This document shows, piece after piece, positions 24,001 through 37,841 of a stretch of DNA of 64,000 bases (positions are counted from its first letter, which is position 1; every line of letters begins with the position of its first letter). Below the pieces are notes generated by a model. That model did no database searches. It had not been told where the DNA came from and saw only the letters and a list, made by a program, of their open reading frames with translations. Both the position numbers and the translations under genes were made by a program. Source of the DNA: Schizochytrium sp. TIO01. Its lineage: Eukaryota; Protista; Bigyra: Labyrinthulomycetes. The DNA lies in NCBI GenBank assembly GCA_004764695.1, contig SMSO01000035.1:558001-622000 (forward strand), in the 5' to 3' direction.

Positions 24001-27000
24001 CTTTGTATGAGTTTGCGCACTGGTACCATTTTGAGTCGGCCCAGAACCCGAAGCGCCTTCCTCCATGATGCTTTCTAACTGAGATGAAAATCGCAAAACT
24101 CGTTGAGCAATATCGCCAACTGAACGAATCTCAAGATAAGTAATTTGAGAATCAATCTGCCCAACCCCTGCATCTAGAAGGTGAACCAGGCGTTCCGAAC
24201 CTTCGCGCTGCCCGACACGGTAGCGAATTGAAGATTGAAATGGCTGCACAAGAATTGAAGTTTGTTGCGCGGAATTCGTCGAAGCTCTTGATCCGTGTGA
24301 ACTTGCTGACCCAGGCCTGAATTCTCCAGCACGCATACCCAACCGCACTGAACAAGCAGTCATGTCAAGCATCCATTCAGGTCGCTTAGATACTGTGATG
24401 GTCTTGCGAGGGATGGTAAAAGAACTCCGTGTGATTAAGTCACGTTGCTCAAGGCGTGAGGAAAGGTTTGTTGTCAAGGTAAAGTTAAATGCTGCTGTCA
24501 ATGCCCGAGAGTCTTTTTGCTTTGGCCGTTCCATGATATGGACTTCTAAACCAATAACATCGACCTCAATATTTGTCACAGTCTCATGGACAATTGAACG
24601 AACAGTAAGCTGAGAACGAGTTTTAGGTCGCCTTATATTTGGAGATGCGATGCCTTGCTCCGATGTTTCATCGCCAGAGTCCGACGCCCAAGAGTAAACT
24701 GGGGCGACTGAAGCAGAATCAAGACCTGTGAAAATACGAGATGGTGGCATAGGGGACCGACCAGAGATAGACGACGCAGGTACAGTCGCAACTGCCATAC
24801 CAGTAGTATTTGGACCATCTCCCCGGGAGTTACCACTTCGAGCAAGAGAGGGGCGACTAATTACGCTACCTGGTCCAGCACTATTTCTGGATATCAGGGA
24901 TTTAGAACGTTCTAATCCAAAAGGAAGAGATGCCTTGTCTGTCACAGTGCTGCTCCCTCCCCGGCCTTGACTTGCTTGAGTTGTTGCAAGGTTAGTTTCC
25001 CTTCCCTCATCAGGATTCGAAGTGCTAAGATCAGGCAGTCGGGGAGGCCATAGGCCTTGCATCGAAGCATGGTCTTGCGCTTCGTTCATCCATTTTGTAA
25101 GAGCTAGAACAAGTGCTTCGACAAGGCATAATTGCGTATTTGCAATCTGCAATTTAATACTTTCGTCTGTTACAAAATGCACCAATGATCCGCGCTCTTG
25201 TTTTCGTTTAGGATTTCGTCGAATGGAGGACCAGTCTGCGTGAAGAAACGGGCTACCTTGCGGATCATAAATAGTTGCACCAGCATCAACCATGCTTTCT
25301 GCTGCATCACGAAGATGTTTCGGGCGCTCATCAAGAAGGAATAATCGCGTTATCTCCAACGTTCCAGAACGAGATCCACCTTTGGTTTGCTCATATGAAG
25401 CCAAAAATGGTCCCAGCTGCAAGTGAGCAAGAGACTCCACACTTGCTTGAGCTGCATTAATAATACGGCGATTCGAAATTCTTCTACTTTGAAAAGAACC
25501 CCCTGACCCAGGCGGTGGCGGCAACGCAACACGCTGGTACCCTTGCTGACGTTTAGTAGTTTGGGCTGATTTCGATGAGCTCCATAGAATTTCAAGAGAG
25601 GCACTTTCAAGCTCAAAATCTGCTGACAGAACCAAGGTATCAATGGCAGCACGTGTCTGTTGCAAGGAGTCATCCTTTGTAATTTTAGCTGAAATGAGTG
25701 GAGACACCTTCGGTGCGGGTGATGAGTGTGCTGTTGAGCATGTGCATTCTGAGATCTGAGAGCTCACCTCAGCCGGTACACGTCGAGGGGTTCCAGATGG
25801 CACCACCTCAGAACCATTGATATCAATATGAGACTTCATATTGGCAAGTTTTACTGAAATATCTTGCATGTCAAGACCAGATAAATGATCTAAAATACCA
25901 CTTATCGTGGCAACGTGGATATCAGAGATTCGCAATGCAAATCGTGACGCAGAAACCTTGGACTTGATTGCTTGTACTCCCGATGTGAGGTCGAGTGGGG
26001 TGAGTTTCCAAACCCAAATTCGATTTAATTCAGAAGGTACAAGCTCAGTTTGGCAAAACTGATCATGTACAGCACGACAAACCCACGCAGTGCCAATGTG
26101 TCGTACACTCTTGGCATGAATTCCAGTATCTTCGATAAGCTTAAATGTGACAGTATTGCCCGAGGCAGTAGTTTCTGGTACCTGCATAGAGAGATTTGAC
26201 ATATATAATGATACAGCTTCAACAGCATGCATGGCATGTGCCCCCCCTTGTTTATCACGCAAAAGCTCGAACTGTTCTTCTGCCCCACAATCACCAAGAA
26301 AAAAACGATTGTGCAGATCCACAGCATCAACATGAATAATCCCCATGGGAGTACCTTGTTGAGTGCTTGGGAATTCCAAAGAGCAGTCAAAGAGCAAAAT
26401 TTGAAGACTGTCGAGGCCAAAGAGTTCACCCTCTTTGCTTGCTGTCCCAGCACTACGTTTTGAGATTTTCTTATGAGAATCAGCATCACTCCCACGTAAT
26501 TTGGTGTCCATTGCGCCGCTTGGGCCGTCTTCAGATTCGGCATCTTTTTCGGTACTCTCAAGCTTTTGATCTTCCCGAATGACAAAATATTCCATATTTC
26601 GTGAGAGGGAACGAAGGAGTTCGCCTTCGTAGATATAATCCACCATTGCGTGAACAAAATCAACGTTGGCACGGCAAAAGAAGGAACGAACTTGAAATTG
26701 AACATCAGTGCGCAATGGCAACGCTGGTACTGGAACTTGCGCCGCCTCTTCAAGGTCCTCATTGGGGGCTATATCATGCTGACTAAACCCGTTGTGATGC
26801 TCATTTTCACTTGATCGGCAACCCCTATGTCTGCACCGAGGTTTCCCCATACCATGGCTTGATTGAGCTTTTCTGGGTAGTTTGCGACGGGAAGAGGGAA
26901 GTTGGTCTGCCACAGGTGTGCCAGGCCGAGGACTGCCAGGTGGGGATTCCCTGAGATACGAATCAAGAACTTCGTCCAAGTCCAAGTGCGGCTGATTGCT

Positions 27001-30000
27001 ACTCGGAGTATCGGTTGAACTATTATCATCAACTTCTATTTCTGTCACATCTGGATGCTTACTTTCATCTGTACCAGAAGCGACGTCCAAATCTAGTTCA
27101 CTGTCATGGGTTGCCTTTGACGGGGAGTCGACAATAAGTCGATGACGACGCCATGCATCAGAATAGAAGGTGCTCTGGAGGAGGAAGAGGGGTCGCTTGT
27201 CGTTTTCCCGCCGCTGACTACCAACCACCAGAACTCCAGGAGGTCGAGCTTCGTCTCCCAAAGATAATTCTTGTTCCGAGATTGTGAATGTTGCAGACTT
27301 TTCCGCGAAATTAGCCCGACGATTATTGTGATCAAAAGTGGACCCAATCCCAGTCAAACAATCCCGAAGAGCGAAATTTCCCATTCGAGCAGACATAGAT
27401 GATTGCCCATCTTCGCGAGTTGCAGCGCGCAGCTCAACTTCGCTGAACATAATTTCTGCCAATGGGGATTGTTTCACAGGCTTGGGAGGTAAAGGAAGAC
27501 CATATTGATCCACATCAATGTTCTCACGCACAGATGTTGTTCCAGAAGGGTTTGGCCCTTCAGTAGATAAATTTCGGGCAAGACGAGACCTCCGTAGTGA
27601 TCGATGCTTATTAATAGATCCAACAAAAGAAACAGTGAGTTGTTTGAGAGTGGCCTGCACCTGCGCTTGAATTCCATCCCTTGGAATGTTTGCGTCATTT
27701 CTATTCAGACGTGTTGGCAAGACTCCAGGTTCTTCACTTGTTGATGACGTCAAAGGTAAATGTTGAGTAGATAGACGAGGGTTCGAAGTAATCGAATTCC
27801 GGTCTCTCTGACTCTCTATTCCCGCATCAACTGGTTGACCAGAATTACAATTCTGAGTGTTACTACCTGCGTACATTGCTACTCGTCCAAACGAGTCAAG
27901 CAATGCACTTAATACAGGCTGTGAAAATGTTACATCCACAGAACCCATCACAACACGTAGATCTGCGCCTACTCCGCAATACAGAGGCGAATCTTTGGCC
28001 AGTGCTTGAAGTCCAACCGAAAATACAGAACCATCAGCCTCAATTTCGGAGTGCAGGCGTGGCCTTTCGATTCGCCCGCCACGTTGAGAATTATTCCGTA
28101 AACGTTGATGTAAGTGAGTTGGTGCTTGCTGGGCTTGTGCTTGTTGCTGTTGTATTACAGTCTGAGCGACTGCTCTGCGAACCAGTTGAGGAAATTGCGC
28201 TAGATGGTTTGCCATCCCTGGCCCTAGGCGAAACTCTGAAAGATCATGACCCATAACATCATGAATAGTTACACAGCGCATCGAGAAGTCCACAGATGTT
28301 TCCATGGTACGTAATGTAGCTTGAGTAGAAATGTTCTCCAGGAGAATAAGAATGATGCCTTCTTGCTCTTCGTAAAGCTCCATTTTAGTTGCATCGTCTT
28401 GATCATTGACAACGCTGGGCACAATACCCCGCTCTTCGTCATCCTCCGGGTCATGAATAGCAGCGGTACCTTCATCATCATCATCACCTTCACTTGCAAG
28501 CACCTCATCGAGAGCTTCATCAATAACGGATGATGAAGGAAACTGTTTCAATTTGGAAGTAGGGGCTTTCGTAGATGCATCTCCGTTAGTGCTCTGCTTA
28601 ACAGCTGCGTCAAGACTTTTTGTTGGAGTTTTACGATTGAATGGATATAAGGAAGTTGCGCCCTCCATGCGCTCTAGTTGTTCAATTTCGTCTAGCCATT
28701 CACGGATGTAAGGCTTAACAATGGGTTTTTGACGTGGAGACATCACAAGCTGAGCTGCCTCAGAACCATCTTGCGAGGAATTTGCGTCATTGGCACTCGA
28801 GGAAAGTTTTCCCTTTTTCTGCTCAGACGAGTGCAATACACTGTTTTTTGCTTTTATCTGTACATCATGTGCATTATCCATACCAAATGACCGGCGGCGT
28901 GCTCGCGCAGCATTGTGTGCAGTAGTTTGAGTTGTATGTGCGCCATTAGCAGAAGTAGACTTTGGACGAGTAACACTGATCATTACAAATGCAACGTTCA
29001 TGGAACACTGAAGATAGGAAATATTGATACGCTTGTTTGGTGCCTCTTCCATGCTTGAAGATGAATCAGCTTGAGGGCTTGCGTCGACACCGAGCTCGTC
29101 ACCTTGCAGGGCAGATACAAAGCTCGAGACACTCCCACTCTCAGAAGTTTGACGATGAAATGATGTATGCGCCACTGAACCAACGGTGGTGTAAAAGTCA
29201 TTGTCAAAGTCGTCTATGTCGTCTACTCCTCCATTCTCGTCAACACTCAACGCAAAGGCATCGTGATCAGTTCGCAAAGTTTCATGTAACGAAGCAGCGA
29301 TCGAAGCGGATTCCCAGTCAGAAGTATCTAATCTTCGCGATGAATGTTTGAGTGGAGAAGTTGCTGCACTAGCTCCCGAGGAAGTAGCAGCTTCAAAGAA
29401 ACTCTGAGACCGCTTTGATCCACCTCGAGGTGTGGTAGATCCCCCTGCTGCATTGTTTGAAGTAGATTGCCCGGGCATAGCCGAAGAAAAAGATTTTCCT
29501 TTGGTTGAGGTAGAACTTGAAGAAGGGAGCCGTAAAAAGCGGTCTTGTCGTAAAGCGGAATTACCTCCAATACTGCTGGACACAGACTCGGCGCTACTAT
29601 TTAAAAACAAAGTAGGCATTCGTGCATCACTGCCGCCATTAGATGAAAGCACCGCATTGTCCTGCCCTAGGACACCTACAAAAGCAGGACTTGAGCTTTG
29701 GTGCACTGGCGAGAGAAATTCGGAATATGAAGCCATCCGCGGGCTGGCTTCGCCGGCATGAGCTACCAAAGCATCTCCGACACCACCAATAACAAGTTCA
29801 TTCACATCTAAAGGCCGAAAATTAGAGCTTGATTTTGTTGGGGCATCAACTGTCTTGGAGGCAGACCCAGAATCAGAGACAGCTTGTAGAGAATTAGCTA
29901 CTTGAGCCATGACTTCAAATTTCTCTGGGCTCATTCGGATATGAAGCGAAGGGAGATTGGCAAAAACTTTGTATTGAGGCAGCGTACGGTCATACTGCAA

Positions 30001-33000
30001 TATGCTAACGCATAAGACCATATTGAATGTAAAGCGATCAATGACATGCATGTGTAGCCGACGTTGTTCTGTGCTTGAGCGCCAATTAACGCCCATACTA
30101 GTCGCCAGCACTTGTACATTCGAACAGGATATTTTGTATTCGTCAAAGAATCGACTCATATCACCTCCAGTTTTTGATTCTCCTATATGATTCTCTAAAT
30201 TGGTTCGTGCTCGCGACGAAAGATCACTACTTGTTCGGTTTGGGGGCATAGGGCGTTTCCCTAACTTTGATGATTTGTCCGTAGGCCTTGTGTCAGAGGG
30301 CGTGCGCGCTTCACGTTTCACAGGCGATAAAGCCTTATCACGAATTGTCATTCGGCCAAAGTCGACAAGGACAAGCTTAATGTCCTCCTCTGGCGTGCTA
30401 GCTGGTACTTGCTGAGGTAGAATTAGTAATGGCGCTTGCATGTCTACATCCATGGAAACCGAAAAGTGGTTTTGATAAGCATATTCCATCTTTGCTTTAT
30501 GACGTGAATGAACATTTGCGAAATCATTAATTGACGCGAGTTGGGCTTCTCGATAAGTATAAACAGAATCCGGAATACGAAAGGCAGTAGAGACACGATC
30601 AACACACGAGGGACTGTAGATCAATTCGAGAGGACGAAGCCGAACTCGAAGAGCAACATCTGCTCCAGTCTCGGGGCAATGGGAGTCAACTTCCAAAGAA
30701 AAAACTGCGGATGCACGAGTCCGGCTTCGGGTAGCTCGAGAGCGGCCTCGTGATGAGCGGACGCCCCATATTTCACTATTCGTGTCTAGCCCTACATGGC
30801 GTCCTCGGAAAGTACGATGAGCTGCAGATGATCCGTCCTCACTGAGCCCTTCAGGGTATGAAGTACCCTCATCAATTTCGCCTACACCACGAGGAACTCC
30901 TTCGTAATCTGAGTACATTGGCAAGAGCGACTCAGGCATTGGCAAGACATCATCGTTTTCCATCAGGCCAACGTTGCCGATCATGTCATAATTTCTACCA
31001 ATCATACTTGGCCAGCCACTAGTAGAGTGACGCCGCCGATCTGAAGTACGCCCCCCTCGTAGACGTTGTTGACGTTCGGTTGCTAGGCGCTTGTGATAGT
31101 TGAACTCCATGCGTTCTGCTGCCCCACTCCAGGCAGGCGGTGTCGCATGAGAAGCGCGTTCTACATCAGAAAAGGCAGAAACACCAGAAGATAAGTTATC
31201 TGCGAGGCCTCCATTCCCCCCGTCCTTGATTGAGACTATTTTAGCGAATCGATCATCTGCTGAACACCAGTCAAAGACCTCGAGATTTTCTAATGACAAA
31301 AGAGCGCGGTCAGTCCCATTTTCACGTTTGGAAACATGAACACTAGTTCCCAGAAAATGCGCATCCATTAAAAGCTCCGGAGTTGCTAGAGCATTCGATG
31401 GGTCTTTATTGTCCCAAAGCTGAAGTCTACATTCCTCCATGCGAAATCTAAGTACAGATTTTATGCGAACGCCCCGCGATTGGATACTCCGTGATCCAAC
31501 TCCATTGGCCCCACCTCGACTCACCTCCGCGCTTGATGCCATCGGAGGTCGTTGACCAGCAGCTGCATTTGCTTCTAAAATTTCGGTAGGGTCAAAGTTA
31601 AGCATCTCAAAAAGACGTTCTTGTTCTTCACGAGTCATTAAGGGGCGTTCCTCGCCATGAGCAGCAGCATTGGCAGCTGCGGAAGTAGCAGGCCTTTGTT
31701 GTGTATGTGAAGCTGCAGAGCTCCCACCTAAGCCAACAGCCCACCCTGCCCAGCCAAATACAGCGCCCGCCCAGCCAGGTGTGTCCTCCTGGGCAACTGG
31801 CTTGCCTGATGCACGACGCTCGAACTCGAGCAAATGTAAATGCGCCCGCTCTAACCGAAGTTGATTCTCAGCAAGAGAACGAAAGTACATGATATCCTCG
31901 ACATCATACCTGTCTTCAAGTTGCTCGAGTTCCTTTTGCTCGTGGGGGCTCAGTTCAAGATAGTCCGTAATAACAATTGAAGGTGCTGCATCTGTATCAA
32001 TTCCGAGGCCTGTGCTCTCATGATCTGTAGTACTATACTGCTCATCTCTTTTCTTAGACTTCATTGGTGTGCTTTGTAAGTCAGCAATGCGGCGGCCCCG
32101 ACGCATCATATCCCGTTGGAGTAGAATTGGTGAATCTACCATAGTAGAAGTTACATTTCCGTTTGCAGCAATCTGTTGAGTTCGTGTACGTTTGGGAGTT
32201 GAAACGGAGGCAGCAACCTCACTACGCGGTCGACCAGCAAGACTGCGTTTCCATAACTCAATGTACCGTAAACGGTCTTCACGTCGATGAGTAATATATT
32301 CTGCAGAAAAACGCCGCCTGCGTTCTCGGACGTCCTCCAAGGTTGCCCGAATCGCAAATTGCCACCAAATTCTAGGTGCATCTCGCACAGTCACACCCTT
32401 AGGGCGAAGCTCTGCATATGGATAGGACTTTTCAGCAGCATCAAACGCAGCAAGCATCTCCCATGCATCAAGGAACTGAAAGCGCTCCAATACCATTGTA
32501 ACCGGGTCGAGGTCAAGATCCAGAACGGTGTCAGGACTATCTGGAAAGCGCGGATCACGATTTGACTGCATTTTCAAAGTCAACCCAACAGGCTCAAGAA
32601 TGAAACAATGTTGTGCACCTGTGCCAAGCCGCGCTCGCGTCTTATGATGAGAAGCCGAAGCCATGGCTGCAGCAATTGCTGCAGCATTGCGAATCCGCTC
32701 CAAATCACTTTCCTCTGAACCTTCTCGGTCTGTGTTTTCATTTGGTGAGGGGGTCATGTACGTCCGATCGAGACGAAGTCTCGCTCGTCTCTGCTCTCTA
32801 TCTACAAGGCGAAAGTCCTCTTCTTCTTGCTGTTGGCGTTTGGGGATCATTCGCTCAAACACTGCAGCCATTTCTGCGAATGTGCATGTGCTGTAGTCTA
32901 AGCCCGGTCCATCGGAGCTGGTTCCAGGAAAGGGGTCCCAGTATACAGCAAAATGCTCGAGTTTGAATAATTTATAGGCAAGGAGCTTTTCTAGATACTT

Positions 33001-33675
33001 GCCAGATTCTTCGAGACGACGTTTGATTTCTGCGACTAAATCTACAAAGCAGGGGTTCCAATGTCTATCTGTTGATTGCATCTTTAGAGACTCCCATGTT
33101 ACACCAACTGAGAACGCATGTTTAGGATTAGTTACACGATCCTCATATCGAACGTGTACATTGCGGACATTGAGTTCAATGTTATCAACAATCTTGTTCA
33201 TTAAACGGGCTGTAAAACCACTTTTAGCCATTTCTTCAGCTTCGCTCATGTTGGCCCTGGCAATGGTGTCCGCATCGTCCTTGTCTCTGTTGATGCTGGA
33301 AAGACCTGATGATTTCCGGAGCTCTGCTCTTGCCAAATCTGCCTTTTTCCGTGCTTTTAGTTTGCGTTGGTAATCTCTGGCATTGTATTCAATGGATGGT
33401 TCCAGAATTAAAAACACTCGATCAATTGAGATTTCAACAGGTTGACTGCCAAGGTGAGTCCATGGAATTTTGATATCTACTTGGCCAATGAATCCTCGAC
33501 GTAATTTAATTGGCGCTTCCACCGTATCAAAGGCATCTTTTCGTATTTCTAATTCAGACAGTACCATGTGGCCTCCATAGACACTAGTACTTACTTTGTC
33601 TGGCCGAAAGCATCCTTCTTCGACATAGGAGCCTAATACACGATTTAGAAGGTTCGCAACCCAACCTTCAAACAT
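15095..33675 (-). CDS. VPS13: VPS13 family lipid-transfer protein, 2 exons (33675-20842, 19078-15095), ~5,605 aa
   Basis: Chorein-N start MFEGWVANLLNRVLGSYV..IPWTHLGSQPV, WEPLLEPW, VAB repeats and C-terminal ILGSVDLLGDPRGLV/ATG_C motifs. A phase-0 GT-AG intron (CAG|GTAGGT at 20841; ATAG|CGT at 19079) joins LRLYQ to RGAPPQTQQVLLPYHSCPYTWDD, restoring the conserved YQ...LP....Y.WD motif. Confidence 0.95.
19079..20841 (-). other. Spliceosomal intron of VPS13 (1,763 bp)
   Basis: GTAGGT donor and TAG acceptor; splicing keeps the frame between the 4304-aa and 1302-aa ORFs. Confidence 0.9.
19239..20684. repeat. Tandem array of ~6.7 x 214-bp units inside the VPS13 intron
   Basis: Anchor GAAATGAGTAGGAGAAATGC occurs at 19301, 19517, 19730, 19944, 20158, 20372 and 20586 (spacing 216, 213, 214, 214, 214, 214). 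Units differ at only a few positions. Confidence 0.98.
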
Positions 33676-34032
33676 CTTGTGACTCAAGTGTTTAAGCTAG
33701 ATCTTGTATTACAAAAGCAACCAGAGTAATGATGAAATGATCCCAAAGAAGCTAGAAACAGGACAATGACACCAACTGAAGTAGACGGACCCCTTTGACA
33801 GAGGAAACAGAGCGAGTCAAAGATGCCTTACTTCAACCAAACTAAGTTTTTTGGAGAAAGTCTGTAGAAGCTCCTCAAAGGCACAGTTGTTTAGTTCAAT
33901 GGTTTTTTGCCGATGCTTACTCGTCGAGACGTCGATGTAAAGATAGAGCGCCTTAGTCAACGAAATATCTGGCGCTTAATCGCTGACCAGCTAGCTAGCC
34001 GGCCAGCCAGCCAGCCAGTTGTGCTTCTCTGA

Positions 34033-34078
34033 CTCTGCCTCCGCCTCCGCCTCCGCCTCCGCCTCCGCCTCCGCCTCC
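34033..34078. repeat. (CTCCGC)~7 microsatellite upstream of VPS13
   Basis: Hexamer run about 360 bp upstream of the VPS13 ATG, next to a short (GCCA)n run. Confidence 0.9.
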
Positions 34079-36911
34079 TTGGGCTCTGCTGCATAGATGG
34101 CCTTCATTTTAGTCGCTTTTACTGCTACGTGCGCCCATACCTAGGTAGCCACTGGAGACTAAATGAAAGAGAGATAAGAAGGACAGAACAGAAAGAACGA
34201 GAAAAAAAAGAAAGAAAAAAAAAAAAAGAAAAGAGCCTCAGGCTGATGGCCAAATACGTCTCCCACTACAGCTCTACAATGACAGCAGACAAAGAGCACT
34301 TTTGGAAATAAAGGAAAACTCGATGTCTGGGAGACCAGTAATACTAGCACTTAGGACTATTTTAGTACTTTTGCTTACAAGCATATCCAAAGATAGTGAA
34401 TGCTAGAGACAGCTAGGCACCCAATAATACTAGTAGGCTATTTTGAATGTGTTCTGTTGTTCTTCTCTGAGCCTTTCGAGTTCTTTTTCTTCATGTGTCT
34501 TCTTGTTTTTGTTATCTATATGCTATCAGTAGTAGATAGGTATACCTACCTTTCCTATCGTGATGTGATAACTCATCATGGCTAAAAACTCTCTCATGGT
34601 CGATCGAAACCGTTCTAGCTAGAGCGCTGGGAAATTCAGTGTGCTCAAAATCACTACTAACCAGGTGCTACCTGCCGTGGCACGGCACCGGATTTGTCAT
34701 TCTCTTGTCAGCCCATCGCTGTAGAGCTAAAGAGAGAAAATGCTGTCAACTAACATTATTGACGCTTAGGATTGGACACTTTTAAGAAAACAGCTTGAAA
34801 AGCAAACCATTTTTGCATACGAGAACAGAAACAAAGCAAGCTACCCTGACTATTCTGACTGCTTCAGGCAGAAAGACTACGCGCTTGGCGGTTTGGGTTA
34901 CTACATTGTGATCTCGTTTCCGATCTTCAACTGCAAACTTGACTTCTAAAGGGACTACTTGCAGAGAAGTGTGGTCACTGCTATTAGAGTTCTTTAGAAT
35001 GGTATCTTCAACCCCCAAACACGAACTAATTCTAAGATAACGAAGCCTATGATTTTTTTGAAGAAGCAGCCTGATAAGAGGCCTTTATTTTCTGAAAGCT
35101 GATGACTCTGCAGTGGCGCAACGCCGATGCTTTGATGATTCGTCTTGCTGAGTGAAACCTCTGCTGTACTGTATATAACTAGTCAACCAAGAATACTGAA
35201 ACGTCTTTCTTCGTTCTCCCTTATAAACTTTCCCGTAAGGTTCTCTAAAAAAGAAAGAAAGAACGTGGCGCAGAACTTGAACGTAATTTTTGACAATGAA
35301 GCATGTTTGCAATTTCTACTACGAGGAAGCGCAATTGTCTAAATCTTGCATAGCTACTGTGCACTAGCTATCATGTGATCCCTGATTATACTGTTATTGC
35401 TACACAATTTCACGAACCTGCGAACTAAATATGTGGTAAACTATAGTGGGAAGACATTGACTCACTAAATTAATTGCTTCACTTGCAAAGCGACTGTTGC
35501 ATAAAGGCTCTAAGCAAAAGCCTTGTGCAGCAAGAAGATGCTCAAGTGTTAAGGAATTGGAGATTTTCTGCCTGGCAGCCATTGATGACGAGTTGAGACT
35601 CGATGAATATCTGTAGTAGGTAGCTTGCTTTAAACACCTAATGTATGACCGAATGATCTTTCAGAGTCTACCTAGTAGAGTTAGATTCATGAATATCATT
35701 ACGACTTTGAGGGATCATACCATGAGAAGCACACATTGGTATAATATAGTAGCGGAGTCACTGACCAATTCAAGCTAACTTTGCTCGCTGAGTAGTCGTA
35801 CTACTTCGTGGTCAAACACAAGCGAGGAACATTAGAGTTCAAGGCTTATTTTGGTCGCTACCACCCGTTTCATACAGATTAGAAGCAAAAGAATAAACAA
35901 AGAAGTTCGACTAATCAGGCTGGTGATGAATGGTGGTCCGAAGTTATGGCGGGCAAATTCAATCAGACGTTGTGGAAGATTGGAGGCATTTGTGTAATCT
36001 CTGCCACCAACAATAGATTCGCGTCAAAACCCTACTTTGAAAGATAGGTAGGTACTACGGAATGAAGGTAATAAGTTGTATGTACTAGTATTTACTAGGC
36101 ACTTACTATCTACCTACTTACATAAACCGGCACTCTCAAAAAAATTTAAAATGAGAAGATTTACTCACACTAGCCGGACTCTGCTGTTCATTCTTTGACT
36201 TAGAAATATTGTTGCACTCATTATGGTAGACTAATTTTACTGAGTACAAATTCGTTGGGATGCCATAGTAGCATGAGAAACATGCAATGTTCCCAGAATT
36301 TAAAACGCCTCAATTTGCCTGCAAACCAAGGCTTCAGAAGGACTTTGCTCGTTTCGATTGACATATCTTAGAGCAAAAACTGTGCAAAGAATCACCAATA
36401 GGACAATCCAATGCATACCAAAAAAGACAGGAACACTTGAATGTAAAATTTGTCATTCTCCATCCTTATTCAGGCTCGAGAATTTACGTAGTATAACCAG
36501 TTCTTTTCAAAATATACTTGTGAAACATCTATTCAATGGTCGTTGAGGTAGTAACAAACTGTCAAACACTACACTCGCTTCACAGAGACAAGAATCAAGA
36601 AACCAAATATTTATCTCACTATGAATCGTGAATAATACAGCTGACTTAATTGAAAGAACAAATCATGCAATTCGGCAATGCCCCAGCAAAAGGCGATGGA
36701 GAAAGAGTTCTCGGGAAGCAAACGTACACAAATTGAGATAACTGAGCAAAAAGAATTCTTTAAAAAACTCTGATTTTATTTTGATTGTCTAGCACCTAGC
36801 ATCTAATTATACGGGAAGCACTAAATAAGATAGTAGAATGCTTGAACAGTAGAATCATGAGATGATAATCAAATTTTCATCGTTTATTATCTACCTTTAT
36901 GAATCAGTGAT

Positions 36912-37841
36912 TCAAAGGTTCGCACTTCTTTTTCCGATCGGGAAAGCGGTATGTTGTGGACTGCGGACTTCATGCTCGAGTTGAAATGCCATCTTATTTG
37001 TGCTTCCCTCCAATGGGATGTCTTTCAAACGAAACTGTTTTGTTTTCAAAACATCCTCTTCAGTTTTGCTAGATGCGAACTCCATTGGCCCTCCTTCAAA
37101 ACGCGGGTTGATATATACTAGGTTTTCTTTAGTTGCTCTGCGAAATGCTTGCTCGAGCTTTTCCTCGGAATCAACATAAATGGCAACGTGAAACTTTTGA
37201 GTCTCCAATGTATCATATGCAGTAGATGGAAAAGACTTCGTGCTTTCCTCAAATACCAACTTCTGGTTGTGTGCAAACGGTACGACACATCGTGTAGGTG
37301 TCTCCATAGTGGCATTACAAAACAAATATGTGTTATAAAATCGCGCAATAGATGAAGCACTTCCTGGTGGGCACGCAAGAACGACTTTACGAAGGGACAC
37401 CATTTTGTGTGACCCACATGGATGAGTTCCAGCAGCCAATATTTGCCTACTTTCTTCAGACTTCACCTTTACAATGTGGAAAAGATTGCCAAATGGCCCT
37501 TGCACCCAAGTTGCAGTATCGGTTTCAGGAGTTATCTTGATTTTACCTCGGAGGGCATCCATGGAATCCAAGCGCTTTACTAGATCTGCAACATTCTCTG
37601 CTGTCCCGAACTCGATCCAACCATTCACTACTTGTGCTGTCTTCACAATACGTCGATCTACAGGACCAAACCTGTATGGCAAGTGCATTTGGCTCAGGCC
37701 CATATTGACGTGTAGTAAACGAGTCCGATCTTGCTTGATGTTCTCTTGACAGCCAAGTCCCTTGACATAAAAAACCCTCGCAAGGTCAACATCAGGGATA
37801 TTGAGATTGAGATGCTCAAGCAATACGAGCGGGTCACTCAT
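36912..37841 (-). CDS. VOC/glyoxalase-bleomycin-resistance fold protein
   Basis: 309-aa ORF with N-terminal LEHLNLNIPDVDLARVFYVKGLG, a second repeat IARFYNTYL...FHVAIYV and C-terminal LEHEVRS. Confidence 0.65.
   Translation of the reverse strand: MSDPLVLLEHLNLNIPDVDLARVFYVKGLGCQENIKQDRTRLLHVNMGLSQMHLPYRFGPVDRRIVKTAQVVNGWIEFGTAENVADLVKRLDSMDALRGKIKITPETDTATWVQGPFGNLFHIVKVKSEESRQILAAGTHPCGSHKMVSLRKVVLACPPGSASSIARFYNTYLFCNATMETPTRCVVPFAHNQKLVFEESTKSFPSTAYDTLETQKFHVAIYVDSEEKLEQAFRRATKENLVYINPRFEGGPMEFASSKTEEDVLKTKQFRLKDIPLEGSTNKMAFQLEHEVRSPQHTAFPIGKRSANL

Noticed and set aside
34700-36600. Possible decayed gene between VPS13 and the VOC gene
   Set aside because: Only short ORFs (<80 aa) with no identifiable similarity.
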